Part shown: positions 36,663 through 48,946 of the stretch, piece after piece
How positions within the stretch are numbered: position 1 is the first letter of the stretch
How the letters are laid out: each line of letters begins with the position of its first letter
Assembly: GCA_047495785.1 (NCBI GenBank)
Contig: JBLDXI010000004.1
Location: 1,488,001-1,552,000, forward strand
Length of the DNA stretch: 64,000 nt
Direction of reading: 5' to 3'
Source: Lepidodermella squamata
Taxonomy: Eukaryota; Animalia; Gastrotricha
The notes under the pieces: generated by a model
What the model was told of the DNA's origin: nothing
The model's input: only the letters and a program-made list of their open reading frames with translations
Databases searched by the model: none
Made by a program: the position numbers and the translations under genes

Positions 36663-37628
36663 GTTGCGGACAGACAAAATTCACCCTCGCTTCCCACTTA
36701 CGCAGAGTTTTTTATGGTGTCCGCGGGCTAATTATTTAAATTAAGACCAGATGACACACATAACTTAACTTATGCTTTTCATGCAATCGTTAAACTTTAA
36801 ATTCAGAAAAATTGAACTACGGGGTTATTTGACAAGTTTGGATTCAAAATGATCGCCATTTGACAGCTAAAATTGAGAATTTTCAGTAAATTTCGAAAAA
36901 TTTCAAAAATCAATACTTCCCTCAATTTTTGGCGGATATTGCCAACGAAATAAAAAAGGCTTCCCCACGACGTTTGGCTACAAATTGACCGTATGGCACG
37001 TTGTCATAAATTAACGAGGGTCAGATGGCGCTATGGAGTAAATTAATTACAACCATGTCTCGATTTGTCAAGGCCTAATCTAATCAAGTCGGGGCGTGAT
37101 TTGTCTTAACTGTTTGCCTCTCGAGGTCGGACAGCTCCAGTCTAATTACTTAATTGTTATTTCTGTGTTGCGGAGGTGCCCGAAAAATTGATCACAGCGT
37201 CGAACAATTGCTTTCCGGACACCATAAAAAACGCAACTTAGTAAATCCAATTTTGAGTCCAATCATGTACTTTTTTGCCAGATGATAGCTCTTAATATGC
37301 TTTATCAAATAATTATAACTGGACTAAGCTAGAGTTCATAGTTTTTTCATTTAATTTTTTTTTAACGAGGTGTTGCGGACAGACATTTTTCACTCAGAAT
37401 TATTGTACCTGTTCACATTACAGTAGTTTACTAGTCAAAAAGAACTGCTGCGAGCATATGATTTCCCCGAAACTATCGGTAAATAACCCGTCTATAGCAA
37501 AAAACAATGCTACACCGACTTTGTATCGTAGGCGAATCAAAATATTGTAATTTTCGAAAAATCAATCGTTGCGGACAGACGTTGCGGACAGACGTTGCGG
37601 ATAAATTAATATTTTGTCTGTCCGCAAC
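36663..37628. mobile_element. DNA-transposon-like segment marked by GTTGCGGACAGAC repeats (further inverted copies at 43485-43534)
   Basis: GTTGCGGACAGACAAAAT at 36663-36680 is inverted at 37611-37628; tandem copies at 37568-37600 and one at 37372. No TSD identified. Confidence 0.6.
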
Positions 37629-38298
37629 ATGTCCGGAACTAAAAAAGCAGAGTTGATGTCACAAAATGCTGAAATTTTTGGATTTTTTATCATTAACAAC
37701 CGAAAAACTGCTCTGCGCAAATTTCAAAGGTATAGCAACTCTCGCTATTTTCGGCAAAGTCTATATCCGAAAAACGCATGTTGATTCATTGGAATCAGCG
37801 ATCAATTTGTTAAATGTGTTCTGCTGGTGGGCCTTGACCCAATAGTGAGTCGTAAACGCGTAAAGTAATGCATCATATCGGCTTAGTTAACTGGCTTGCC
37901 TTCAATTCTTACTACGTCCTTTTGGTTCGGGGATATACGGCTGTTGGCTTGGTAAAACCCGATTATTTTTTACTTCGTTTCTTCTGATAAAGAATCAGCT
38001 GCCTTCCCGTCGGATATTGCTTTCGGCAATGATGACTCGAGCCTCGAGCTTCTTGAGGTTGCGACTTAATCTACTTCTGTCGTAAGTGTCTTCTTCCTGA
38101 GGCCCAACGCTGGGGTTCTCCACGGCTGTGCTCTGAAACCGCCAACTTTCCAAAAAGGCATTTTCATGCAATTATTCGTAAGCAGTGCATATCAATGGGT
38201 TTTGGTTTAGATACTATTTCACTAGCAGTAGTAAATTACCTAATGCACTCGCCTTTCATTCGGTTAACTTAGGTATTCAAAAGTTATACAAGCCACTT

Positions 38299-38855
38299 TC
38301 GAGAGCGAAAACGACAAATCGCCCGATATGAACTTTCGCATCGTAGGAAACAAGCTGCTAACGGAGCGCTACGGCAACTTCGTCTTCAAATCCGCACTTG
38401 GAAAAGTCGAGAAACAAACAGGTGCCACGACACAGCAAAACAACAACCAGCAAAACAGGTGGTCGAATCGTCAGAGAGCCGCTGACGCCAGACGCAAAGC
38501 CCAGGAACGCCAAGGAGGACAAAATCAACCACCCAGTGGCCAGCAGGCCTTCACCCGGCCGACGAATCCGTGGACTCACTCGCGTGGGCAACAACCCGTT
38601 CCACAACGACCAGCTTATGGTTACGGCGGCCACCAGCAGCAACAGCCAGCACAGTTTAGCCAACAAGCGATGCCAAACGGAGCTTATGGCCCTGGCTTCA
38701 CAGCGAATCAGAATTTCAAAAACCAGGACAACTACGAGCAGGACTTCGAACAGGAATTGACCGAAAATTTCGACGATATCCCTAGCCAGCACCAGTCTCG
38801 AAGCTTCATCACCAACCGCCGTAGCAACCGCTATTCGCAATCGAATCAGCCCTAG
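38299..38855 (+). CDS. LINE ORF1 C-terminal remnant, Gln/Asn/Gly-rich low complexity
   Basis: Open frame directly upstream of the endonuclease and inside the TSDs; QQNNNQQ and GYGGHQQQQP tracts. Confidence 0.7.
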
Positions 38856-38967
38856 TCGACAATATCGGCCACGGACAGCAACCGCGCTAACCTCGACTGA
38901 ACGTGAGAATGCATCAACGTTTAATTTTGATTCAAAACTTATTTGTGACCCACTAATTATCAGTTTT

Positions 38968-41900
38968 GTGACCTGGAATATTTTCAAATTCAGAAATGAA
39001 TCGTTTCCTGACATTATTTCTCTCCTAACTAGATTTATGATCGTTGCGCTTATTGAAACATGGCATGATGATAAATTCGTACCTCCTGTTCTACGTAACA
39101 ATTTCTTTGTTGTTCATGCACCAGCCAGAAAGCTTTGCTGCGCCAGGGGTCGAAATTTATCAGGGGGAATTATAATCTATATTAATACTGCTCTGAAGTC
39201 GATTATTGACGTTCTATACAAATCAAGCTACTTGATTGTCCTCAAATTGAATTTTCCGAATTCCATTCTACTAGTGACTGTTTGTTATATTCTCCCGGAA
39301 AAATCTGAAGCGGAAAAAAATGGAATTAAATCACGTAAATCCATGAAGGGCGGCAAACCCAAATCCAAACCTAAATTAGGCAACGGCAGATTTAAAAAAT
39401 TGTGGGCGGAAACGATCAACAAAATCTCCGAAATTCGAAACAATGTTCGTATCGAGAACCTTAATTCTCCAAAAAATATCGACATTATCGTGATGGGTGA
39501 CCTGAATATCCGCACAGGCAACCTGAATAAATTATATGAACCCCTCGATCCTAATTCCGACTTCTTCCAAAGCTCAGTGCCAAAACGAAATTCTAAAGAC
39601 ATTGAACTACCTAAATCATCTAATTCAAATAGAAAATATTTCTTTGAAAAATTGGACGAAATGGGTCTTTATATTGTGAACGGCACCACAACCTCTGATG
39701 AATACGGAGAGTTTACCCACAAAAAAACTCGGTAACAATCATCCTCAGGCATTCACCGTTGTAGACTACGCTTTAGCAACCGAATCACTAGCGAATAATA
39801 TAGCTGATTTCGAAGTAATAGTGAACGGAGGAATTTCGGATCATTACCCGATAGCCTTAACGATGAGTAGGGAATTTAAAGTAGTTGAAAACTCTGAAAT
39901 GGTTGATGAACAGACGCATTTCAGAATAAACAAACATTATTTTTCCTCGCTTTGGGAACAGTTTGAGCTATCGCAAAGTGAAAAAAGGAGTGACTCCTTA
40001 GAAACCCTTCTCAAAAAACTCTACATGGTCGGCAAAAAAGCTCTATATATTCGAAAACCGAAAGCCGAATCTGAGACTAATACTAATTTTTTCGACGAAG
40101 AATGCCTTCAAAAACGAGACATAGTTAGAAAAGCTAGAAAGTTATCGCTGAGACACCCGAACAACCAGCTCTATAAATATTATATGGATAATGAAGAAGT
40201 AGAATACAGGCATCTTTTGCGTCTCAAAAAAGAGCAAATAGAATCGGACCTTAAAATAGAAGCCATGGAATTTGTAGAGTTGCTGGAAATGTGCCCGTCC
40301 GACTTCTTCAAATTAGCAAAAGAGCTTGAACACCTCAAAGCACATGAGGCGAATCGAGAAATGCCAACAGGTGACGAAATAATTCGATTTTTTACAGAAC
40401 TTTTTACATCAGCCCAGGAAATAACAACAGAGAATGAAACCAAGGTCAACAGAAAGATATTAGATAGAGATGACGAATTATTGTTGGCTCCTGTCACAGA
40501 GCCCGAGATAGAAGAGATAATAAGAAATTCGAAGTCAAATGCTTGTTCTGGAGAGGACCAAATAGATTACGAGTGCTTAAAACTAGATGGGTGCAAGAAG
40601 GGTCTTTACCCATTTTTGGCAAACCTATACACGAAAATTATTTTAACTGGACAATATCCTGAATGCTGGCGGAAGGCTCTGCTCATACCGATCTTCAAGA
40701 AAAATAATCGACTTGACCCGAAAAATTATCGCCCGATCTCTCTAATTTCAGTTTTCGCGAAAATATTTTCCAGTATTTTAGAAAAACGACTTAGAAAATG
40801 GTGCGTCTCCAAAGACATTTTGCACCCTGAACAGTTTGGGTTTACGCCGAAACTTGGAACAGTTGATGCTTGCACGGTTTTCTACGCAATAATAGCCTAT
40901 TTTTTGACTAAGGGAAAAAAACTATATGTAGCTTTTGTCGATTTCTCCAATGCATTCGACAAAATCAGACGAGCCTTGCTTATAAAAAAATTACGCTTAT
41001 TAGGGCTGCCAACATCATTCATCGACGTAGTGCGTAGCATGTATGAAGACAATAAACTTTTTCTCCGGGTCAAATCGAATATATTCTATGACAAGCCAAT
41101 AACATCAAATGTTGGTGTTAGGCAAGGAGACCCACTATCGCCACTGCTATTTTCTATATTCAGAAACGACCTAATACCGTATTTGATGGCGCTGTTCCCT
41201 GGCCTTACGTTCGGTGAATACGTTATTTTAGCCATACTATATGCCGATGACCTAGCACTAATTGCCGAAAGCCCAGCTCAGCTACAAAGTATGCTGGACG
41301 CGTTAACAACCTACGCCGACGAGAATTCGCTCAAAATTAATGTTGAAAAGACTAAAATAATGATTTTTGAAAAAAGATTCACCGAAATCGATATTAAATT
41401 CAATCTGAATGGTACGGAGCTTGAAAGAGTCAAGGAATTTAAATATCTCGGGGTCTATTTCACTCATAATCTTAACTTCGACAAAATGGTTGAAGTGATC
41501 AATGCGAATACCAAACGAGTTGCCGCCCTTGTGCCTAATATGATCGACCGTTTCACCGCTTATCTTCCCCCAAAAACATTCAATATTCTATACAACTCCT
41601 ATCTGGTCGGTAATTACACATATGCGGGAGGTTTCTGGGGCCAAACAAAAAAGAACAAAATATTTCCATTTAATACGCTTTTTGTGAAACAGCTCGGCCG
41701 GATTCCTACCTCGGCACGAGATGAACTTGTCAAGCGTGAATTTTACCTGGAACCGCCTAAATTGATGTTGACAAAAACAGCTGTTAGATATTTCCTACGG
41801 CTCAAGTTCGAGGACAATCACGTGCTTTTAAAAACAGCTTTTAATATAATCGACGGCAATAAAAAGCTATATCGAAATATTTTTAAAAACCTGCAGAGCG

Positions 41901-42478
41901 ATATCGACGGTTTGGGAGGTGGCGAGATCTTTCAAGCCACTTCCCAATTCGAAGGTTTATCGCTACTAGCAAAATGGCATGAAAAATGGATCATTAACGA
42001 CAAAACTAATACGATCTCTAAACTGAAAGAAGAATATTCAAACCCAGTATATACTGATGATGTCTTCGATAAATTGATGACATACTCGTGTGCGCAAAAA
42101 GCTTTCTGGTCTCTGAATAATATTAGGATTTTAGCTATGATTCGGACCAACTCGCTACACAAACCTTTCTGTTACGTAAATAACTTTGGACTACGATGTA
42201 TATTTTGTTACAAACATAGCACTAGCATAACCCTATCTTCGAAACTATATAATAGTGTCATGGATCTGCTTTTCCACCTGTGTTTGAGTTGTGAGCACAC
42301 TAACGATCCGACTGATAATATCCTCCATGAAATGCAATGCGATGATGCGATTAATGCAATTAATGCTGTAATTATATCTTGTAAATCTGTAAATGGCGTA
42401 ACAATCAACAAAATACTTAATTTAGCTAACACATATCGCACAACGTTAAGAATGCACACCTACCCTACCAATAATTAA
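38968..42478 (+). pseudogene. LINE ORF2 (AP endonuclease + reverse transcriptase) with one frameshift in an A7 run at 39721-39727
   Basis: APE motifs TWNI, IETW, SGG and MGDLN in one frame, then VDY and SDHYP in the next frame. RT motifs NYRPISL, EQFGF, FVDFSNAFD, GVRQGDPLSPLLF, YADD and FKYLGV. Confidence 0.9.
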
Positions 42479-43626
42479 TTAACTAGTATAAAATCAGAAT
42501 CATTATTATAATATCCTATATCATGTACGCAGAAAACACACGTAAAAGTTATATATGTCTGATGCGCCATAAGCCCACCCGTGGCCGGTGCTTAACTTTA
42601 ATTTTTGGAAATAAAACATTGCTTGCTACAAGCCACTTAAATTCGAAGCATGCCTCAATTGCTGAGGAACTTATCAACTGAAAAGCTCATTAGAATACTC
42701 CAATTCTGCCGCATTTCTTTGTTCCGATTGCCCCACAACCTCATTTTTCTAATCGGACGCAGTTAGTCAGACAAAAGTATGAGTCGGATCGGGGCGTTTT
42801 TCATGGGTCCCCTAGCATCTGTAGATTCAGGAAAAATTGGTCCAGAATTGGCCAATATCTCATAGGTCTCTGTCAAATCAATCATTTCAAATCAAATCCC
42901 GAAAAACCAATGGTAAATCGATCAAATCAAATCATCAGGCCAGTTTGAATCAAATCAAATCAAATCTTTCGCATAGGGAAACATGAGTATCATGGTGATT
43001 CTTCCGGGGATTCTTTCGAATTTTAAGCTTGGTTTTGGTAGAATGAGTTTCCAGGCTTAGGAAAGCAGGTGTTTTCAGGGCAAATGTGAGTTCTCATGTT
43101 TGGTAACTGGGAGAATTCCGTGAGTTCTGATTTCTCTAAATCAGCAATAAATCAAGTGGGCTAAATCAAAATCAAATCAAATCAAATCATCCTGAAATTT
43201 TGTAAATGAAATCATCAAAAAATGGCCTAAATCAAATCAAATCAAATCAAAGTCTCGGCTAGAGAGCTGAAGTAATTTTTAATACTTTTCAATATTATGT
43301 AATTCGATAATAATAATAAAATTAATGTCCGACTGTGACCCTGTGTACATGTTGATAATGATAACCACTCCCGAATCCTGAAGCCGTCCGAAAATTGTAT
43401 TATAAAACTTATATACATAATTTTTACAGCGACAGACGCTAGGTACTTTTCCATTCTATTCTTTCTCTATTCTATAAATATCCGTTTTGTCTGTCCGCAA
43501 CATCTGTCCGCAACAAAAAATGTCTGTCCGCAACAAGTGTTTCCATGGTATTTATGATAGTTGATGATATATTTGTTGATAAACCAGTTACCATCGATGC
43601 CAGCGAACTGCTGACGGTTCAGTGTT

Positions 43627-44063
43627 CAGTAACCTGCCGACCGAGCTCAAGCGGCTGTGTAGCCAACACCGAGAGCTTCCCTGAAAATGTTACTTTCAGC
43701 GGCGAATCACAGTGTCAAAACGCTAAATAGACTCTGTTTTTCGTTATCAATTTTAATAGGAATCATTCAGCCGCAGCCACGTTGTGTTCGCAAGAGGGTG
43801 GCATCTTGGCAACTGCTAAAACAGCTGGCGATGTAGACCTGCTTGTCAGCAGTTTACGACGCGGCTACGATGCATGGCTGGGTCTCGCTGCTGAATCCGG
43901 CGTTCTGAAATGGTCGGACGGCTCCGCTTTCACATTCGATCAAGCGCTGTTTTATTCCTCCTGAATGTTGATCAATGCGCGTTCATACGGACCACAGCTT
44001 CTAAAATGGACATGCAACAATAATAGTATGCTCTACGCAGCGTGTGAAACCTATGTTGACTGA
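43627..44063 (+). pseudogene. Decayed terminal exon of a Cys-repeat + CTLD gene (paralog of 4462-14027)
   Basis: VTCRPSSSGCVANTESFPENVTF..C followed by a CTLD (AWLGL, KWSDGS, ACETY), with in-frame stops at 43728-43730 and 43962-43964. Confidence 0.82.
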
Positions 44064-44514
44064 TTATTGAGGCCCTAAGTTTTCCGTTAGCTTTTGAAGT
44101 GGCTGCAAGAATTTAGAATTTACTGTATGTCGATTTAATGTTTAGAGTTGAAAGGGGCATCAAATAAATAACCCAAATCAAATAAATTACCCACGTCACG
44201 GGGAATTTTTCAGTTTTCATTTTGAATCAAATTTCTACTGTTTTTTTTACGGTAAGCGAGTGCGAAAGAAAAGTGTTCGATATTTCCTTCAAAAGAGGCT
44301 CCACAACTTCTGAAACTGGCGAAATCTACATTTTTTTCAGCCTGGAGGACGATGTCAGTCTGTAGCTTGATAATTTTACTTCCTAGGGTGAGAAAAGTCA
44401 CTTCTAATGAGGCAATAGGTATACAAAGAGTAGGATATCTGAATAGCCTATATAAAATTAGCATAGCGGAATCGCTCACGACACTCGAGAGTGCGTCATT
44501 GACGGTTTTACGGT

Positions 44515-47253
44515 TTACATTTTGCGGATGAGCAGGAACCAGTTTGCATAGCCGAAAAATGCAGCGGCGACTAATATGGCCAGAACATCTAGGAATCTAG
44601 GTAGGCTGATTTGGCCGCCGAACAAGTTCTTCATTTCCCTCTTGCCCTCGACGTAATAGGAACAAGCCATCCAAACAATCATCAATTGATAAACCGTCAC
44701 GCCAGCCGAGAACCAAGCCATCCATTGGATGTAAGTACTCAGAATCGTTCTATCCGTATTCGGAGCCTGGGCCACAACCTCGGTCTGACTAACAGCCATC
44801 GCGAGCAGAATTGTCACTGTAAAAGCGGGCCGTTCAGGCATCGACGGAGCCATTAGGAAAGTCACTAAATCCAAACCGCCCAAAATCGCTGTTGGCAGGT
44901 ACAAATTGTTGATGTAGTAGCTCGCGGATCGTTTCAACGTAACTTCAAAGACAGCCACGGTCACATTGAACCCATTGAACTTGGCCGACGATAATTGGCT
45001 CGTGAAATCCTTGACGATCCATTCAGAGTTGTCAACAGCTCCAGCATCCCATAGGAACAAGGGAGGGTTAGTAAAAGTTAGTATCCTATCGGATCTCGTC
45101 AAACTGAACTCGAATGAGCATTTCTGGGTGTCGAATGGGAATTCCTTCATATCCTGCGTGCAATCAGCCACGAAAAGGCCCTCCCGGGTCCAGTAGAAGT
45201 TGAAAGTCTTGTTAGGCTTCGATTCGGAGCCCAAACCATCCATTGTGACTAGAAAATCATCCCCAACCGCTACATTCTTCATATAGACATTCGACTGGGC
45301 GCTGTTTATGAATCGGAGCTGGGGAAGCCAGATTTGATCAGGCCTCGCGACGTAGATCTGCTCTTTCGGCCGCGAGCTGATGACATCCGTCGTGTTCTTA
45401 GGACAGGTATTGACCATCCAAGACATTAGAATGACCCCACTCACCGAAATCGTGTCGTCGACACTCGATAGTTCGTTGAGCCCAGGAACGTAAAAAGTCA
45501 TGTTTACCAAATTCGGCTTTGATTCGTCGATCTGGGGCGGCACGTAGCGATTCGTGTCGAAATGATCGCAGCGCTTCAGGATTTCTTCAGTTGTTTTGAA
45601 AGGAACCCTAGGTGGAGGATTCGGATCTCCGTCCAAGCTAGGGAGCAAACTTCGAACTTGGACGCTGGTGCCCAGTTTCGCCGAGCTTTCAACCGGCTGT
45701 GGAATCATTGTTGGTGGAACTGTTTCAGAAGTAATAGAGTGAGTTGGCCCCAGGGTCGATGAAGTTGAAGTAGTAGGCAGAGATTTCCCGCAGACGTAAG
45801 GCAACTCGCTTATCTCATCCGTCGTTAGGACAGTTCCGTGAATCGTCACACAGGCAATGCTGTCCCCAGGTTGGCCATTAACCCAGTTGTTTGACTGAGA
45901 GTCCCACGAACGAAGAGATGCAAATGTGCCATAGAAATATTTTATGCTGCTGACGTCTATGACCGAATTCAACGATGTCTTGCCAGCAACAAGAGTATCG
46001 TTTCCTGGGTTCTGATAGTAAGTTTTGAAATTGCCATTCTTGTTATCGAATGTTATCGCGAAAAACGTCCAATTGTTCCGCATCGTATAGGGAATGTTCA
46101 ACTGGACCAGCAGGCTAAACGAAAGAACAACCCCATCAGCAGGACGGCAGAGGATTCCAAAATAGTTCGGTATCACAAACACTCCTCGAGTCGACTCACA
46201 AGTGCTTTTGTAGTAGAACGCGATTGTGTAGACAGGTAAAATTGGCATGCCAGATAAAAGAGTAATGTAATCGCCAGCTTTTGATACCGTTATCGAACCA
46301 GAACCAAACGGACCCGTTGCGTTGCTAGCTACCCCGGGTAGATTGGCTAATGGCGTTCGAAACCAATCCGAGCCGTATTTGAGGAAAATGCTGTCCCTTG
46401 GCTTTCTCATCGGCATGTGGAACACGAGACTGTCGATTTGTGGCATCAACGTGAAAGTTGATGGTAGCGTCGACGCGGGAGTTGCCATAGTTTTGCCACA
46501 CGCGAACGGAATTATATCCAGTTCACTGTCCTCCAGAACAGTTGTTGGGTAGAGAACCATGCAGGCGAAAAAGTCAGCATTTGGGGTTGTTAGGAAGGTT
46601 TTCCCACCCGAATCAGCTCGTCCTATGTACAATGTTGTCGGTGTTAAAAATTTGAAAGCAACTTTATCGATCCAGTTCAGGGAAACTCCATTCGTCACCG
46701 CTTTGCTAACAGCCCACCGCCAGCTTTGCTGAGCTGAATTGTAAGCCACAACTACAAAACTCCACTCGCCTGTTGTTATGTCCAAGGTTTCAGTTCTGTC
46801 CTCATACTGCGAACCGGTCCAAATTGCCAAAATCATCTTGTTGTTAGCGCAACGAAGTGAAAACTTGCTTTCCAAGGAAACGATGCCTGTTTCGGTATTA
46901 GAGCCTATTTTCACGTAAAATGACAGCGTGAAAGAGTCGAAAAGAACCGTGGAAGCTGCAAGGCTGTAGGCAGCGATCGGATCACTAGTCGTTTTCGATG
47001 TTGTCGAGCCTGATTTGAATGGTCCCGATGCGGATGACGAAGCAGTCGATGTGCCATTTTGCGGCAAAAAGTTGCCTTTCTCCACTGAGAACACGAGGGT
47101 GTTACCTTGGTCCAGGTACCAAAGCAGCAATTTGTCACGAATAGGCAGTACGTTCAAAGAATCGTACGGGCTGTCGACCTGGGACGGCAGCGTTTGTTCA
47201 CTGCTGCTCAGTGACACTAATGAAATAGCGATTAATGCAATGGCAAAACTCAT
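44515..47253 (-). CDS. Intronless Cys-loop channel subunit with two N-terminal LamG/pentraxin-like domains (paralog B)
   Basis: 912-aa ORF; signal peptide MSFAIALIAISLVSLSSS; Cys-loop CTQDMKEFPFDTQKC; four TM helices; same architecture as 32134-35073. Confidence 0.9.
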   Translation of the reverse strand: MSFAIALIAISLVSLSSSEQTLPSQVDSPYDSLNVLPIRDKLLLWYLDQGNTLVFSVEKGNFLPQNGTSTASSSASGPFKSGSTTSKTTSDPIAAYSLAASTVLFDSFTLSFYVKIGSNTETGIVSLESKFSLRCANNKMILAIWTGSQYEDRTETLDITTGEWSFVVVAYNSAQQSWRWAVSKAVTNGVSLNWIDKVAFKFLTPTTLYIGRADSGGKTFLTTPNADFFACMVLYPTTVLEDSELDIIPFACGKTMATPASTLPSTFTLMPQIDSLVFHMPMRKPRDSIFLKYGSDWFRTPLANLPGVASNATGPFGSGSITVSKAGDYITLLSGMPILPVYTIAFYYKSTCESTRGVFVIPNYFGILCRPADGVVLSFSLLVQLNIPYTMRNNWTFFAITFDNKNGNFKTYYQNPGNDTLVAGKTSLNSVIDVSSIKYFYGTFASLRSWDSQSNNWVNGQPGDSIACVTIHGTVLTTDEISELPYVCGKSLPTTSTSSTLGPTHSITSETVPPTMIPQPVESSAKLGTSVQVRSLLPSLDGDPNPPPRVPFKTTEEILKRCDHFDTNRYVPPQIDESKPNLVNMTFYVPGLNELSSVDDTISVSGVILMSWMVNTCPKNTTDVISSRPKEQIYVARPDQIWLPQLRFINSAQSNVYMKNVAVGDDFLVTMDGLGSESKPNKTFNFYWTREGLFVADCTQDMKEFPFDTQKCSFEFSLTRSDRILTFTNPPLFLWDAGAVDNSEWIVKDFTSQLSSAKFNGFNVTVAVFEVTLKRSASYYINNLYLPTAILGGLDLVTFLMAPSMPERPAFTVTILLAMAVSQTEVVAQAPNTDRTILSTYIQWMAWFSAGVTVYQLMIVWMACSYYVEGKREMKNLFGGQISLPRFLDVLAILVAAAFFGYANWFLLIRKM

Positions 47254-48132
47254 TTTTTTGCGAAAAAAGTCGAATATGAAAGTGGGCTTGAATTTTTTGA
47301 CGAACGCTTAGATTGAGAAGAGCGGCGGTGGTGTTTTGCTTGCATTTTCTGAAATAAAGTTTGTGATCCCTGACACTGTGCCGAATTGCCAGTGCGTAGA
47401 TGAAACTTGTGGCCGGATATTAAATTACAAAATAAAAAAAAAACATTTTATTCAGAGAATTCCATCTAAATTCAAAGTTTTTATATTTGAATTTTGAAAT
47501 CATTTTCCTTTTGTGCAACTTTTTTACTGATGAATTAAAATTGTTAATTTATCATCCTATAATACAGAAGCCGAAGAGCCGCGAAGTTCCGAATGTAAAA
47601 TGAAGCGACAATTCAATTGCTCAGACCACATTTCGCCCATTTCAATCAATCGTTCGAGTTTTTGACATCAGCTATCAGCAATCAGCTGCTCGCATTCAGC
47701 TGTTGTGCTGTTTTAGAATTGACATTGCGCCACCGAGAGTTATATTCGATGTTAATATCCGCTTGACTATTTTTAGCGCCAGAATTTCCGCGCGGCAGTG
47801 TCATATCGTGATGCGCAACTGGAAATTAAAATCAAACAACATAACGTTCAGCAACGCGAAGATTGCTTCGTAATGACGAAATTCTGCTGGATGCGAACAC
47901 TTGATTGAAAACAATTGATTTTGCTTTCACGTTTTCAGCATTTTAATCACAACTCTGAGCATCGAACGGCAAACCCTTATTTCATATTTTCGTATATCGC
48001 ATAAATCTCGGTGCGCGGAGCCAAAATTAATAAATCGATTGCTATAATGGAACTTCAGAAATCCCTGACATTCTCCGATATATATGTGTTGTACGCCTAT
48101 ACGGGATTAAATTTTATTTAACCAAAATAATA

Positions 48133-48402
48133 GCCAAACCGTGAGGGTAACTATCGATGATCATACATCAATCGACTGCTGTTATCAAGGGCTATCGATT
48201 GATGCCAAATCGAATTCCGCGCGGAACTACCGCAAATATGATTTTTGCCTTCAAAATTGAAAAAATGCGGAAAATTCGCGTTTTTTGCCCAAAACTTGAC
48301 CCTGAATGTGCCGCGTGGACTTCGACTTGGAATCAATCGATAGCCCTTGATTACAGCAGTCGATTGATATATGATGATCGATAGTTACCCTCACGGTTTG
48401 GC
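48133..48402. repeat. Foldback/MITE-like inverted repeat (outer IRs extend to about 48083-48490)
   Basis: Imperfect arms of about 90 bp beginning GCCAAACCGTGAGGGTAACTATCGAT. Confidence 0.8.
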
Positions 48403-48946
48403 CGCTATGACAGTTTAAAATCGCTTATCCCGTATAGGCTTAAGCGTATGCCGTATAAGCTTAGATCCTCTAAAGGCGTACAACATATGTATCAGAAATC
48501 TTAACAGCCAAAAACCGATGTTTTCATACATACCCGGTTCCAGCAGGCTGAAATAAAAGACGCCAGGGTTATAAGATCAGAAACCTGCAACCACAAGGGT
48601 AACTGAAACACATTTACGACTACACTATCGATTTTTCGATGTTTGCTGAGTAGCAAAGTTTGAATTCCGAGCTTTTCCGACAAAGACGGGTCATATCCAG
48701 GCTTTCCCCAGGATGCGTTACTGCAGATTATAGCCAAATGTCTCCTTTCATTAATGAAATTAAATATTTACATGCATAACGTCCCTAGGTTACAAGCGAG
48801 GAGTGTCAAACTAACGGGATAGACTGTCAACTCGAAGACACATTTATCCTGATTAATTTGGCAATCAGATGTAAAAGCAGCTGAAAATATTCTTCTGTCG
48901 GAGTACGGTTCATGTTTATTTTCAACATTTTCTTACTGAATTAAGG

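Larger units (their letters stand above)
38299..42626 (+). mobile_element. 5'-truncated two-ORF APE-RT LINE (clade uncertain, RTEX/L2-like)
   Basis: 12-bp TSD TACAAGCCACTT at 38287-38298 and 42627-42638; AATAAA plus short (TTGC)n tail; ORF1 remnant and ORF2. Confidence 0.93.

Noticed and set aside
37568-37628. GTTGCGGACAGAC repeats as a CRISPR array
   Set aside because: The 13-bp units are directly adjacent or inverted, with no unique spacers and no cas genes, in a eukaryotic context.
38358-42459. Minus-strand ORFs over the LINE (38358-39101, 39285-39602, 40180-40497 and others)
   Set aside because: Antisense shadows of real coding frames with no motifs of their own.
42870-43250. (AAATC)n tracts as telomeric or functional repeats
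   Set aside because: Short, interrupted microsatellite-like runs; not a recognised telomere motif.
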